Virus record (IMG/VR): IMGVR_UViG_3300010049_000002
Reading direction: 5' to 3' (one strand)
Source of the DNA: a virus
Length of the DNA: 64,000 nt
Shown here: positions 17,286-26,481 of the stretch, one piece after another
How the letters are laid out: every line of letters begins with the position of its first letter
How positions within the stretch are numbered: the stretch's first letter is position 1
Program-made: the position numbers and the translations under genes
The notes under the pieces: generated by a model
The model's database searches: none
What the model saw: only the letters and a program-made list of their open reading frames with translations
Told to the model about the DNA's origin: nothing

Positions 17286-17346
17286 CTATCTTTCCACTGG
17301 GAATCCCACCAGATAGACACCCCCAGTGACGGGGGGCGCGATTTTT
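17286..17346 (+). ncRNA. candidate short structured transcript or terminator (two hairpins plus T-run)
   Basis: CTATCT..TGGGAATCCCA..AGATAG (17286..17316) then CCCCCAGTGACGGGGGG (17320..17336) then ATTTTT. Confidence 0.25.
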
Positions 17347-17527
17347 GGTCCCAAAGAGAATTATTAAGAGAGAGAGTGTATATAGGTATGGAAGAGAAAA
17401 TGGCGCCCTTGGCGCCCCCTACTATATTCCTCTTAGATTCTTAGAGAATAGAAGCGAAGTCATCTGCAAAAGTGGCCGCCCCTATCCCGCCCCCTGCCTG
17501 GGGGAGCACCCGAGCGGGGTCAGCCCT

Positions 17528-18955
17528 TCAGCCCCCACCGTCTTTCTCATTGGTTTCGCTATCTTTTAGCAGACGCAGCGGCCGGTATCGCTTCCCATTC
17601 ACCTTCCCCTCGAGGTGTCCGAGGGCGTTCAGGCGACGGCCAAAAGCGTTCATGCTGGGCGCACGAAACCCTCGTTTTTCAGCCCATTCAGTGAGGCCCC
17701 CATAGAGGTCCGCGATTGGCGTCCAGCCATTTTCTCGGGTGACGGGACGCTTCAGAGTGACCGAGAGCCGGTCCTTGACGAACTCATAGATAGGGTCGGT
17801 CTCGGCCCGCCAGTCGTCGATGGCCTGGGGGTGGGACGCCGGGATGGTGTAGGCGCCTCTGGCGAGGGCCTTGGCTCCGGTTCTAATGAGCCACGAGACC
17901 ATCTGGGGCCTCTCGGTGGCCAGGACCTTCTCGGCGAGCCCCAGGACCCGCGCCGGGTCGCCGGTGAACCTCCGGTTGAACGTCAGCACCAGAGGCCGCC
18001 TCCAGAAGCCGTGGCTGCTATCGGCGAACCGGGGATACTCATTGCTGGCTAGGATGTGGCCGGCGATGGGCTTGAACTCGATGGGCTTCTCGCGGATGGG
18101 CCGCCCGCGCATCTTGTCGCCGGTGGTGATGGCCTTGAGGGTGACGGAATCCAACACCTCCCGCTGGTTCACCTCACTCACCGTGTTGAGAAGCTTCCCG
18201 CACAAATCCGCCCGGTCGTACTCATTCTCGAGTCGCTCCGGCCGGATGGAGCAGGTGGACCCGGTCGGGAAGCACCCGGTGATGAGCTCCAGGAGAGTGG
18301 ATTTCCCGTCTTCCCCCGGGCCCTTCAGCAGGAGCCATTGCTGAAGACGTGTAGCCGCCCCTAGGAGGCACACCCCCGCGAACTCCCCCACCAGTTGCAC
18401 CTTCTCCGGCCCGTCGTCATCGGGCTTGAACATCCCCCGGAGCGCATCGAGGAGCAGGGCGGGTTCCTCCTCCGTGTAGGGGAAGTCGTATGCGAACCGG
18501 ACCAGGTGCTCGGGCGAGTGGTCCCGGAAGCCAATCTCACCCTCACCCGTGACGTAGACGAAGGCGTCGCGGAACGGCAGGCCGGGGGACGTGCCGGTGA
18601 AGAACTCGCGGCTCCACGCCAGGCCCCGCAAGCACCAGAGGGCCCCTTTGAGGTCGGCGGCCTTCAGGTGAATCACGTGCTTTCCGAAGGGGGTCCGGTC
18701 GTAGCGCTCCAGGGTTCTGGCGAGTTCTTCCTCTGAGATTCGCGCCCAGATGCCTACCGGGTCGTACCGGTAGAAAGCGCCCTCATCGTAGACGGGGGCG
18801 ATGACCTTCCCATCGAGGTTCACCGAGAACTCGTGCTGGAGGGCCTTGGCATACTGGATATGGCCCTTGCCCTTCAATCTGTAGGGTGACTTGGCGGCCT
18901 TGGGGGGCGCCTTCTGCGGCTCCTCCGGGGTCTTTCGGTTTTCATTGTCGTTCAT
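17528..18955 (-). CDS. D5/P4-family SF3 helicase-primase-like protein (475 aa)
   Basis: Walker A GPGEDGKST; LNTVSE..GDKMRGRPIREKPIEFKP..HILASNEYP block typical of phage/plasmid primase P4 C-terminal region; trimmed to MNDNEN (AAGGAGGA SD). Confidence 0.8.
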   Translation of the reverse strand: MNDNENRKTPEEPQKAPPKAAKSPYRLKGKGHIQYAKALQHEFSVNLDGKVIAPVYDEGAFYRYDPVGIWARISEEELARTLERYDRTPFGKHVIHLKAADLKGALWCLRGLAWSREFFTGTSPGLPFRDAFVYVTGEGEIGFRDHSPEHLVRFAYDFPYTEEEPALLLDALRGMFKPDDDGPEKVQLVGEFAGVCLLGAATRLQQWLLLKGPGEDGKSTLLELITGCFPTGSTCSIRPERLENEYDRADLCGKLLNTVSEVNQREVLDSVTLKAITTGDKMRGRPIREKPIEFKPIAGHILASNEYPRFADSSHGFWRRPLVLTFNRRFTGDPARVLGLAEKVLATERPQMVSWLIRTGAKALARGAYTIPASHPQAIDDWRAETDPIYEFVKDRLSVTLKRPVTRENGWTPIADLYGGLTEWAEKRGFRAPSMNAFGRRLNALGHLEGKVNGKRYRPLRLLKDSETNEKDGGG

Positions 18956-19112
18956 CACACCATCCTCCTTCCACGCCCGTAACGGGTCTGTGGAAATCTT
19001 GTTGAGAGCTCCTCCGGACCTCCTTCCCTTCAGAACCAGGACGCTACGCCGGGTTGACATTAGCCACCGGGTGCACATAACTCAAGCCACACACGGGATA
19101 CGGGTTGACGAT

Positions 19113-19298
19113 ATGCGGACGTCTACGAGGCAGGTGAGGACCCACTTCAACATGCGCCTGAGCGCCGAGGAGCGCTCCATGGTCGCGGAGCTTGCCCATG
19201 GACACGGCCTCAATTGGTCGGACTTCATTCGCCAGCTGATTCGGGCCGCATACTCCGCCCGGCATGTCGAAAGGAGAGCCCCCGATGAGGAACGGTAA
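19113..19298 (+). CDS. ribbon-helix-helix (MobC/CopG-like) protein (61 aa)
   Basis: THFNMRLSAEERSMVAELAHGHGLNWSDFIRQLI. Confidence 0.6.
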   Translation: MRTSTRQVRTHFNMRLSAEERSMVAELAHGHGLNWSDFIRQLIRAAYSARHVERRAPDEER

Positions 19299-19851
19299 GG
19301 TTCAGAGCCTCATCGACCGGGCTCTGCACCCCCGAACGCCAGTCGAGGAGGCCCGGACGAGCGCCATCATTGCCCTGCGCCAAGCGGTCTCCCAGGGACT
19401 TTTGTCATCCGGCATCCGGCTGGAGCCCCAGGTCGACAAGCGGGCCTTGGAGGACGCGGAGGCCACCGGCTACGCCCGAGGGATTGTCGAGGGGGTCAGG
19501 AAAGGCATCGCCGAGGGGGAGAAGCGCGCTTCAAGCGAAGCAAGGCGCATTGGGTTCGACGAGGGGAGGGCCGTCGGGATTGTCCAGGGGGCCGCAGAGG
19601 CGATGGACAAAGCCCGAAGGGCCTACCAAGAGGGCTTCGACGCGGGACGGGCGGAGGCCCTCGGGCACATCTCGGTCGACGTCGAGGCCTTCGGCAGGAT
19701 GCCAGAGGCCAAACCATCCAGGGCCCGGAAAATCATCCAAGCCAAGTATGCCGGCAGCTGCAACTACTGCGGGGTCTATTGGGATGTCGGTGAGCCGATT
19801 GCCTGGGCGAAGGGCCGGGGGGCCACCTGCGTCAACTGCCAGGAGAGATAA
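19285..19851 (+). CDS. hypothetical protein with C-terminal CxxC..CxxC motif (188 aa)
   Basis: AAAGGAG SD before ATG 19285; alternative ATG 19264. Confidence 0.55.
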   Translation: MRNGKVQSLIDRALHPRTPVEEARTSAIIALRQAVSQGLLSSGIRLEPQVDKRALEDAEATGYARGIVEGVRKGIAEGEKRASSEARRIGFDEGRAVGIVQGAAEAMDKARRAYQEGFDAGRAEALGHISVDVEAFGRMPEAKPSRARKIIQAKYAGSCNYCGVYWDVGEPIAWAKGRGATCVNCQER

Positions 19852-19853
19852 TC

Positions 19854-20270
19854 ATGACTCAGAAGGGCGACTTTTGGTCGGTGACGAACGAGGACATCCA
19901 CAAGGCCCTGGAGGAGCTCCAGAAGAAGGTCGCGGAGTCGAAAAGGGCCTCGACGACAGCCGCGCCGCGAATCGACATAGCGGCACAGAGGGACCAATGC
20001 GACCCCGAGTGGGCCCCGATGAGCCCCACCACCGAGCTGGAGCTGAAAATCCAGGCCCTGGAGATTGAATCCAAGATGTGGCGGGGCCGGGCGGAGACCG
20101 CGGAAAGGGAGCACCGGGCGACCGCGGCGCGCCTCGACACCATGACGGACCGCGCGATGGGGGTACACAGGCATAACATGTTCTTGGCCGACGAGTGCGG
20201 AAAGCTCAAAAGCGAGAACGAGGGCCTGCTGGCCGAGAACGCGCGCCTCCGGAGGAAGCATGGGCGCTGA
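19854..20270 (+). CDS. coiled-coil protein (138 aa)
   Basis: Heptad-like charged sequence; ORF track. Confidence 0.55.
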   Translation: MTQKGDFWSVTNEDIHKALEELQKKVAESKRASTTAAPRIDIAAQRDQCDPEWAPMSPTTELELKIQALEIESKMWRGRAETAEREHRATAARLDTMTDRAMGVHRHNMFLADECGKLKSENEGLLAENARLRRKHGR

Positions 20271-20499
20271 GCCGCCTCTGGGCTTTGACCTGCTCTGCGT
20301 GGGCAAGTTCCACGCGGCCGACCTGCACCCGTCCTACGGCGCCGCGGGACTACTACATGAACACGTCCTTGAGTTCCGACACGAGCCGGAGGGGGGTCTC
20401 AAGATGCGGCCCATCACGCCAGACTATCTCCGGGTGAAGTGTCCGAAGGAGGCCTGGGACCAGTTCGAGGTGGGGAAGGTCTACCGGGTGGTCCCATGA
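20260..20499 (+). CDS. hypothetical protein (79 aa)
   Basis: ORF track; overlaps neighbours by a few nt. Confidence 0.45.
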   Translation: MGAEPPLGFDLLCVGKFHAADLHPSYGAAGLLHEHVLEFRHEPEGGLKMRPITPDYLRVKCPKEAWDQFEVGKVYRVVP

Positions 20500-20759
20500 C
20501 AATTCCCTCAAAAGAGCGCGAATGGCGGGAGTGGGCCTGCCGGAAGATTGCCCGCCTCGACGCCGAGTGCGAGCAGCTCCTGGCGCAGCTCGAATCCTTG
20601 AGAGCCAGAAAGACGGCGGATGGCAGGCCCCGATGCGACTGTGGCTGGCTCCTACCACACCGCTTCGAATGTCTTGGTCATATGTCCATCCTCCGGGTCG
20701 AGTGCCCGGAATGCGGAGAGCGCTACCTCATCAAGTCCCCCAAGGAGGCCACCCAATGA
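20496..20759 (+). CDS. small zinc-ribbon-like protein (87 aa)
   Basis: Trimmed to MTIPSKER; CDC...CPEC. Confidence 0.5.
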   Translation: MTIPSKEREWREWACRKIARLDAECEQLLAQLESLRARKTADGRPRCDCGWLLPHRFECLGHMSILRVECPECGERYLIKSPKEATQ

Positions 20760-21934
20760 GGGGCGACAACGGCGCGGAGCTGCTCGAAGAGCTGGAGCGG
20801 GAACCCCGGGGCGAATCAACCCAGGAAGACCCTGAGATTGTCCCGACGGCGAGCCGGACCGACCTGCTATTCGCCTGCACCTATCCCTGGGGCCGGCGGG
20901 CTCCAAAGACTGACCCGGGACCCCCGGCCAGATTCGGGCTCGCGTTTCATAAGGCCATGGAGCTTCTCTTCAGCGAAGGGGCCTACGACCCGGAGACCAT
21001 CGCTTCTCGCCATGGGATAGACGCCGAGGAGCTGCGCACGCGCGTTGAGCCGTCCTATTCGGTCCTCCGCAAGTGGCTCACGGAGAACCTGTTCGACCTC
21101 AAGTTCATCCGTCCCCAAACCGAGGTCAGCGTGGCCTACAATCCCTGGGAGGATACGGCCCGGGACTGCCTGCCTCCGACCGAGGAGACCCACGAGTACT
21201 CCGACCGCAGGCCGGGGGAGATTCCCGGGACCGCGGACCTCGTGGCCGCCGCCCAGGGCGACCGCTCGAAGATTCTGGGCGACCCCTCAAAGGTCCTGGT
21301 CGTCGACTACAAATCCGGCTGGGACGTCGGAGCGAGCTGGCAACCTCATACCCCCGCGGAGTCGGGCCAGCTCCGGTCCCTGGCCCTGGCCTTCTCCAGG
21401 CTCTGGGGGGCCAAGGAACTCTTCGTCGCCTTCCTCCACGCTCCGGCCGGGGGCGCCCCCGAGGTTCTCTCCGACCGGTTGACATTGGAAGACCTCGAGG
21501 AGCACCGGAGGAACCTGCGCCGGGCCATGGGCCAGATTGGCTCCGGCTGGATGAGGCCTAGAGAGTGGTGCGCCCACTGCCCGGGGTTCAGTATTTGTCC
21601 TGCGCAGAGCAATGCTTTGGTGGCCTTGAACAGACCCCCGGGACCTCTCTCGGCGAGCCGCGTTGGGGCCATCCACCAAGCGACGGGGCTCTACGACAAA
21701 CTTCGGGAGCGGCTGAGAGACGAGATAAGAGCCTGGGTGAAACAACATGGCCCGGGAATCCGCCCCGACGGCCAAATCGTCGACCTGGTCGAGACCGAGA
21801 CGACGAACCTCTCCCAGGCCAGCATCGAGAGAGCCTTGGGCCCGCTGAAAGGTGCCAAAGAGATAGAGCGCCTCAATAAGCTTGGGTGCATTGAGAAGAA
21901 GAAACGGGTCGAGCTTCGAGCGAGGAAACAATGA
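20756..21934 (+). CDS. Cas4/RecB-like PD-(D/E)XK exonuclease with Fe-S-type Cys cluster (392 aa)
   Basis: GTADLV and VVDYKSG nuclease motifs; CAHCPGFSIC (CxxCx5C) plus N-terminal Cys; AAGGAGG SD. Confidence 0.75.
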   Translation: MRGDNGAELLEELEREPRGESTQEDPEIVPTASRTDLLFACTYPWGRRAPKTDPGPPARFGLAFHKAMELLFSEGAYDPETIASRHGIDAEELRTRVEPSYSVLRKWLTENLFDLKFIRPQTEVSVAYNPWEDTARDCLPPTEETHEYSDRRPGEIPGTADLVAAAQGDRSKILGDPSKVLVVDYKSGWDVGASWQPHTPAESGQLRSLALAFSRLWGAKELFVAFLHAPAGGAPEVLSDRLTLEDLEEHRRNLRRAMGQIGSGWMRPREWCAHCPGFSICPAQSNALVALNRPPGPLSASRVGAIHQATGLYDKLRERLRDEIRAWVKQHGPGIRPDGQIVDLVETETTNLSQASIERALGPLKGAKEIERLNKLGCIEKKKRVELRARKQ

Positions 21935-22548
21935 CCATCGCTAGACTCCCGCCGCCTGTGAAGCGCAAACGTGTCGATACCATCTGGCTCACCCGGGAGA
22001 TTTGGAACAGCTACGAAAAGCCCGAGGCCCAACGTCCCACCAAAGACGAGTTACCGAAGGTCGCGGAGGTCGCACGGGAAATCAAGGTGACCGGGGTGTT
22101 TCCCGGCATCCTGACCATCGGCCTCTTCGCTGGGAAGGAATGGGTCATCGACGGCTTGCACCGGGGCGCCGGATTCATGCAGAGCGGCCGGAGCGAAGTC
22201 TTGTGCGACGTCCACTACATTGAATGCGCGTCGCAAGCAGATATCGCCAAGGAGTTCATCAAGCACCAGACCTCGATTGTGCGATTCCTGCCCGACGACA
22301 GGCTCCGCGCGCTCGAGGTGGCCGGTTGCGCCGCACTCTCCGTCATCCGCGGGGCATGCCCCTTCGTCGGATATGGCAACCTTCGCCGCAGCGGGTCTGC
22401 TACGCCACGCCATCGTGCTATTGGACGTCGAGAGGGGTGGGGTCGTGCTCAGGGGAAAGCCCCATATCCTCCTCGCGGGCCCGCGGCGGCCCACCGACGT
22501 CTTACCCGACGAGGCCCAGCAGCTGCTCGTGGATTTCGATTGTCTTGA
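21931..22548 (+). CDS. ParB-like nuclease domain protein; 3' third looks out of frame
   Basis: VIDGLHRGAGF (DGxHR) motif; tail after about 22375 is Arg-rich nonsense while the +1 frame reads protein-like. Confidence 0.55.
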   Translation: MTIARLPPPVKRKRVDTIWLTREIWNSYEKPEAQRPTKDELPKVAEVAREIKVTGVFPGILTIGLFAGKEWVIDGLHRGAGFMQSGRSEVLCDVHYIECASQADIAKEFIKHQTSIVRFLPDDRLRALEVAGCAALSVIRGACPFVGYGNLRRSGSATPRHRAIGRREGWGRAQGKAPYPPRGPAAAHRRLTRRGPAAARGFRLS

Positions 22549-22618
22549 CCTAGATGAGCCGGTCGAGAAGGTCGTCGATGACCTGGTCGGGCTTTATGTG
22601 GATTTGTGGAAAAAATAA
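22373..22618 (+). CDS. separate 81-aa ORF or frameshifted C-terminus of the ParB-like gene
   Basis: MATFAAAGLLRHAIVLLDVERGG...DDLVGLYVDLWKK in +1 frame relative to 21931 ORF. Confidence 0.4.
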   Translation: MATFAAAGLLRHAIVLLDVERGGVVLRGKPHILLAGPRRPTDVLPDEAQQLLVDFDCLDLDEPVEKVVDDLVGLYVDLWKK

Positions 22619-22627
22619 GGTGTAGCC

Positions 22628-22960
22628 ATGAGAGACTACTGGCATGACGGGATTGTCCTGCGCATCCGACCCAAGAACCCACCGGAGGGGGATTATCCCA
22701 ACGGGCTCCTGTTCGGCGACGCACTGCTCTTTCTCCAATTGCTGGAAAAGCGCCTCCCCCCCAAGAAGGAGAAGGGCTACCACCACGGGCTGGTGTATAC
22801 CCGCGATGGAGCCTTCTGCGTCGAGCTCTGGGAGCCGGACGGCATCCGATGGCAGGTTCAGCTGACCAGCGAGGACTTGAGAGGAGTCTCCGTCGAGGAG
22901 CTGGTGGAGAATCTCGCGAGGAGGGTGGAGGAGGGCATGGGGTGGCCCAAGACGAAGTGA
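22628..22960 (+). CDS. hypothetical protein (110 aa)
   Basis: ORF track, ATG start. Confidence 0.5.
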   Translation: MRDYWHDGIVLRIRPKNPPEGDYPNGLLFGDALLFLQLLEKRLPPKKEKGYHHGLVYTRDGAFCVELWEPDGIRWQVQLTSEDLRGVSVEELVENLARRVEEGMGWPKTK

Positions 22961-22977
22961 TTTGGCTGGAAAAGCTG

Positions 22978-23229
22978 ATGCCCACCACCAACCGCCCCGG
23001 CGAGAAGACCCTGCACCTCTTCTGCGCCAACCACCACCATCGGGACCATGAAAGCAAGAAGCCCACGACCATGCATCGCCACGGGACGCACGTCCTATTC
23101 GAGGCGAAGTCTCACACGAACGGCGAGCGCCCGGTGGTTGTCGACATAAAACACGGCATCACCGTCGACGTCTTCGCGTGCGAGGTGTGCGGCTACGTGG
23201 AACTCTACGCCCAGCCGGAGGAAGAATGA
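22978..23229 (+). CDS. hypothetical His-rich small protein (83 aa)
   Basis: Trimmed to MPTTNRPG; C-terminal CEVCG. Confidence 0.45.
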   Translation: MPTTNRPGEKTLHLFCANHHHRDHESKKPTTMHRHGTHVLFEAKSHTNGERPVVVDIKHGITVDVFACEVCGYVELYAQPEEE

Positions 23230-23495
23230 CCATCTGGCTCCGGGCCCGCGCCCGCGACTGCGGGATGTACGAACTGCACGCCGATAAAGCCCCGACGGCG
23301 AGAGACCTCCGGAGCATCATCCGGGTCTTGGGGGTCATGGCGGCATACGAAGAGGGCTCCGACATCGACAAGGTCATCGCTTGGCTAGACAAGCAGCCAG
23401 ACCTATTGGGCCTGGATGTCGGCAAGCGGCTCCGAAAGGCGCTCCTAGGCGGGGACCAGCCCGAGGGAGAGCACTGCGGGCCGGAAGTCGGCTAG
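23226..23495 (+). CDS. hypothetical protein (89 aa)
   Basis: ATGA coupling with previous gene. Confidence 0.5.
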   Translation: MTIWLRARARDCGMYELHADKAPTARDLRSIIRVLGVMAAYEEGSDIDKVIAWLDKQPDLLGLDVGKRLRKALLGGDQPEGEHCGPEVG

Positions 23496-23504
23496 AATCT
23501 TCTC

Positions 23505-24059
23505 ATGGGAAAGCCGCACGACTCCCCGGACTGCCCCTGCGCCGCCTGCCGGGAGCGGCTGGACAGCGCCGGGACCGCGGCCAGCTCCCATTGGAGGGCT
23601 TTCCAGAACTATCTCGCCCGTCGCTACGAGTGGGTCCGGCCGCGCCCGAGCCTGTACTCGTCCTGGGTCGTCTTCTCACCCAGTGAGTTGCCTGGCGCCT
23701 GGACCGCGCACGCCCTGGAGTTCGACGTCATCACGCAGGGAAACAGCCCCGAGCACACCTACCAGATGGCGCTCGAGGCGGTCGAGATGGTACTCACCGA
23801 CGACATCGCGCGCGGGGCCGACCCGTTCGCCCGTCGTGCCCCGGACGAGTACTGGGACCGGCTCTTCGACCTCCGGGAGCACGGTGAGAAGGTGGACCCT
23901 TCCATGAAGCTCTCCGAGCTGATGAAGCCCCCTCGCCCATTCGCCGCCCTGGTGATGTTTCGGTCAGGCCGGGACCAGCCGCCGGAAAGCCTTTGGGTTG
24001 GTGAGGTACCAAGCCAGCAAACCGCTCCCGGCGACGATGGCGACCCCAATCGCGACTGA
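23505..24059 (+). CDS. hypothetical protein with HicB/UPF0150-like core (184 aa), tentative
   Basis: AHALEFDVITQGNSPEHTYQMALEAVEMVL resembles the HicB-fold pattern; 3' 96 nt overlap the convergent lysozyme gene. Confidence 0.45.
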   Translation: MGKPHDSPDCPCAACRERLDSAGTAASSHWRAFQNYLARRYEWVRPRPSLYSSWVVFSPSELPGAWTAHALEFDVITQGNSPEHTYQMALEAVEMVLTDDIARGADPFARRAPDEYWDRLFDLREHGEKVDPSMKLSELMKPPRPFAALVMFRSGRDQPPESLWVGEVPSQQTAPGDDGDPNRD

Positions 24060-24491
24060 CCCCCAGGGGAACCCCGGTGGCGGATTCCCCGTCGAGCTAT
24101 TCAGGCTGGGGTCATAAAACGCCTTGTAGTTCCCGTTGTTGAAGGTCGACCAAGGCCCGAAGTTCTGGCCCCCGTTCGGAGCCTTCAGCCAGACCTGGTA
24201 GGCGGCCTGGGCATTATAATTTGGGTCGAGCAGGTTCCCGCCGGAGTCGAGGTCCGGATGGAATGCCACATCGATTTGCCAGAGGCCTTTCGATGGCCCC
24301 TGCACGTTCGGCCCCGTGTCCCCAATCGCTCCGTCGTCGGCGAACCCCTGCCCACACTGCCCCGGGCAGAGACTCGTGTCGCTGGAGAGACATTGGCTCT
24401 CGGCCATGGCAATCGCCGCGGCCATCGCCGGGTCGGGGAACCCAGCTCCAGCCGCCAGCCAGACGAGCTGTTCAATGGTCCAACATCCCAT
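23964..24491 (-). CDS. lysozyme-like/lytic transglycosylase with C-terminal TM anchor (175 aa)
   Basis: AIAMAESQ ... GLWQIDVAFH motifs; C-terminal helix VAIGVAIVAGSGLLAWYL; trimmed to ATG (GAGAGG SD). Confidence 0.7.
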   Translation of the reverse strand: MGCWTIEQLVWLAAGAGFPDPAMAAAIAMAESQCLSSDTSLCPGQCGQGFADDGAIGDTGPNVQGPSKGLWQIDVAFHPDLDSGGNLLDPNYNAQAAYQVWLKAPNGGQNFGPWSTFNNGNYKAFYDPSLNSSTGNPPPGFPWGSVAIGVAIVAGSGLLAWYLTNPKAFRRLVPA

Positions 24492-24517
24492 GGGGCCTCT
24501 CGAACCGGCCAACGTAA

Positions 24518-24530
24518 CCCGTCACCCGTA
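24518..24530 (+). promoter_or_regulatory. heptad-repeat motif copy CCCGTCACCCGTA
   Basis: Divergent gap between 24491 and 24585. Confidence 0.5.
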
Positions 24531-24584
24531 TCAGGCTACCCCAAGCTTTCCCCGGGTGGTAGGCTCCTTGTCAAGGAGAACCTC

Positions 24585-25670
24585 ATGGCCAAGAGAAACC
24601 CCATTGACGGGAGCATCCTGCTGGAGGGGGCGGCAATCGGTGCGCTGGGGTGGACCGGCGGCCAGATGATTCTGAACCAGGCAAGGAACCAGGCCTGGGG
24701 CAGCCCGCCAGGCACGCCGGGAGTCAATCCCATCACCCAGACCGCCCCGGCCACCTGGGCCTCGGGCGCTTTGGGGGGCGCGGGAGTGGGGTTGGGAGTC
24801 GCCGGGCTCGCGGCGGCGGCGTCCGGGGGCGGAACGGAGACGCTCCTCGTCGGGCTCGTCGGAGCGGCGGCGGGCATCTTCGGAGCCATGTCCATCGCGA
24901 GCAACCCCCAGACGGTGGGCCTGGCGGGGCTCGGAGCAAGGAGCCGGCGGCCGATTCCGCCAGTGATGCGGCAACACTCGCCAACCGCTTCCGTGGGCCG
25001 GCGCGCTCCCAGCGTCCGGGAGATGACCCGGGCCCTTCCCCCGGGCCTGCGGGAAAGCCACGGGTATGGGTGCGTCAACTGCCCGGACAACCAACCGGCT
25101 AGCGTCGCTGGACCCTACCAGGGAGCGCACCCGCCGCTGCCTCTGCATCCCTACCATCCCCATTTGTCGCCCCGCACCATGGGGGAGGCGGAGAATGTCC
25201 GGCGATTGCTCCCGCCCGAGCCGTGGACGCCCATGGCCATGATGTGGGACAACGACGATTACAACTTCCCCCAGCAGGCCCAAGCCGCCGCGCAGATGGT
25301 CCCCACATCCGCCGCGCCAACGCCAGGCCCTCCGGCGCAGAACCAGACCGTCGTCCCGGTGGCCCCCGTGCAACCGGCCCCTGGGGTCCCCGCCGGCTCT
25401 GCGGATACCGCCCTCCCGCAGGCCCCAGCCCCTACTACCCCGGTCGGAGCCGCCCCTTGGGCTTCTCACCGCATCGCCCAACAGCATCCGGCGCCCAGCG
25501 TTCCCATCGGAGCGGTGCATCCCGTTCAAAGAATCCCCTTCCAGATGCAGCCGGTGCAGCACACGCCGTTCCCGAACAACCGGATAGCGGCCCAGCATCC
25601 CGCTCCATCGGTGCCCATCGGAGCCCCCGGATATCCGGCCGGGAGCTGGGAAGCCTACCACCGGCGATAA
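24585..25670 (+). CDS. membrane protein with N-terminal KRNP-TM module and Pro/Gln-rich tail (361 aa)
   Basis: MAKRNPIDGSILLEGAAIGALGW; AAGGAG SD; repeated HPAPSVPIGA segments. Confidence 0.6.
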   Translation: MAKRNPIDGSILLEGAAIGALGWTGGQMILNQARNQAWGSPPGTPGVNPITQTAPATWASGALGGAGVGLGVAGLAAAASGGGTETLLVGLVGAAAGIFGAMSIASNPQTVGLAGLGARSRRPIPPVMRQHSPTASVGRRAPSVREMTRALPPGLRESHGYGCVNCPDNQPASVAGPYQGAHPPLPLHPYHPHLSPRTMGEAENVRRLLPPEPWTPMAMMWDNDDYNFPQQAQAAAQMVPTSAAPTPGPPAQNQTVVPVAPVQPAPGVPAGSADTALPQAPAPTTPVGAAPWASHRIAQQHPAPSVPIGAVHPVQRIPFQMQPVQHTPFPNNRIAAQHPAPSVPIGAPGYPAGSWEAYHRR

Positions 25671-25671
25671 A

Positions 25672-25989
25672 ATGCGCCGAGCTCTCTCCAGAAAGAAGAA
25701 TCCCCCCTCCTCCGCCGAGGCGGTGCTGGGTGTCCTGGTCATGGCCGGCTTTGGCGCCGCGGTGGCGGCGGGGTCTTCTGCGCTCGCGGGCGCAACCACC
25801 CAGGCGACTCCGAAGACCAGTGACCTCGCCGTGATGGGCGCTGCCATCGGGACCGCGTGGGGCGGCATCACCGAGGGTTTGGCCGCCGGGCGGGGGGAGT
25901 ACATGATTCTGGGGTTGGCGCTTGGTGGTGGGATTGTCTTCGCGTTCAAACAGAGCCAGGGGCAGAGCGCTCCACCCCCGGGGGCTTGA
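25672..25989 (+). CDS. small multi-TM protein with RKKNP-TM module (105 aa)
   Basis: MRRALSRKKNPPSSAEAVLGVLVMAGFGAAVAAG. Confidence 0.55.
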   Translation: MRRALSRKKNPPSSAEAVLGVLVMAGFGAAVAAGSSALAGATTQATPKTSDLAVMGAAIGTAWGGITEGLAAGRGEYMILGLALGGGIVFAFKQSQGQSAPPPGA

Positions 25990-25992
25990 GCG

Positions 25993-26481
25993 ATGCCCCT
26001 GATTCATGGCTATTCGGATGCCACCCGGTCGAAGAACATCAAGAAGCTCCGGCGGGAGGGCTATTCGTCCAAACAAGCCTCCGCCATTGCGTATCGGGTC
26101 CAACGGCAAGAACTGAGAAAGCACCACATGTCCACTCGGAAGCTGGCCAAGCGTTCTCGGGACAAGCCTCGAGCTCGAAGACGCAAGGAGGCCAAGGAGA
26201 ATCCCTCCCCCGCGATGGATACGGCCATCAAGTGGCTCGGGGGTGGGGCGTTGGTGGGTGGCGCTCTGGGAGCCTTCGTCGGCATCGGCGCGGGGCCCAC
26301 CAACAACACGATAGCTTCCGCGATGGGTGGAGCCGCATCAGCGGTGGGGCTGGTGGCGATAGGGGGCCTCGTCTACGGCCTGGTGGAACCCAAAGACCGC
26401 GATGCCGCCTTCGCCACGGCAGGCCTCGGGCTCGCTGGGTCCATCCTCCTGGGCGTCATCACCAACATGAGGGGCATATGA
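25993..26481 (+). CDS. basic N-terminal (KQAxAIAY motif) protein with KENP-TM module (162 aa)
   Basis: SSKQASAIAYRVQR; ..RARRRKEAKENPSP..WLGGGALVGGALGAFVGIGAG. Confidence 0.55.
   Translation: MPLIHGYSDATRSKNIKKLRREGYSSKQASAIAYRVQRQELRKHHMSTRKLAKRSRDKPRARRRKEAKENPSPAMDTAIKWLGGGALVGGALGAFVGIGAGPTNNTIASAMGGAASAVGLVAIGGLVYGLVEPKDRDAAFATAGLGLAGSILLGVITNMRGI

Noticed and set aside
23226-24059. HicA/HicB toxin-antitoxin pair
   Set aside because: Only a HicB-like core is visible in 23505..24059. The upstream 89-aa product shows no HicA-like dsRBD pattern.
24531-25949. 472-aa minus-strand ORF
   Set aside because: It lies opposite the 24585..25670 and 25672..25989 genes. Its Arg/Gly/Pro-rich composition is typical of out-of-frame high-GC translation. 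The plus-strand genes have SDs and the shared KRNP-TM module.
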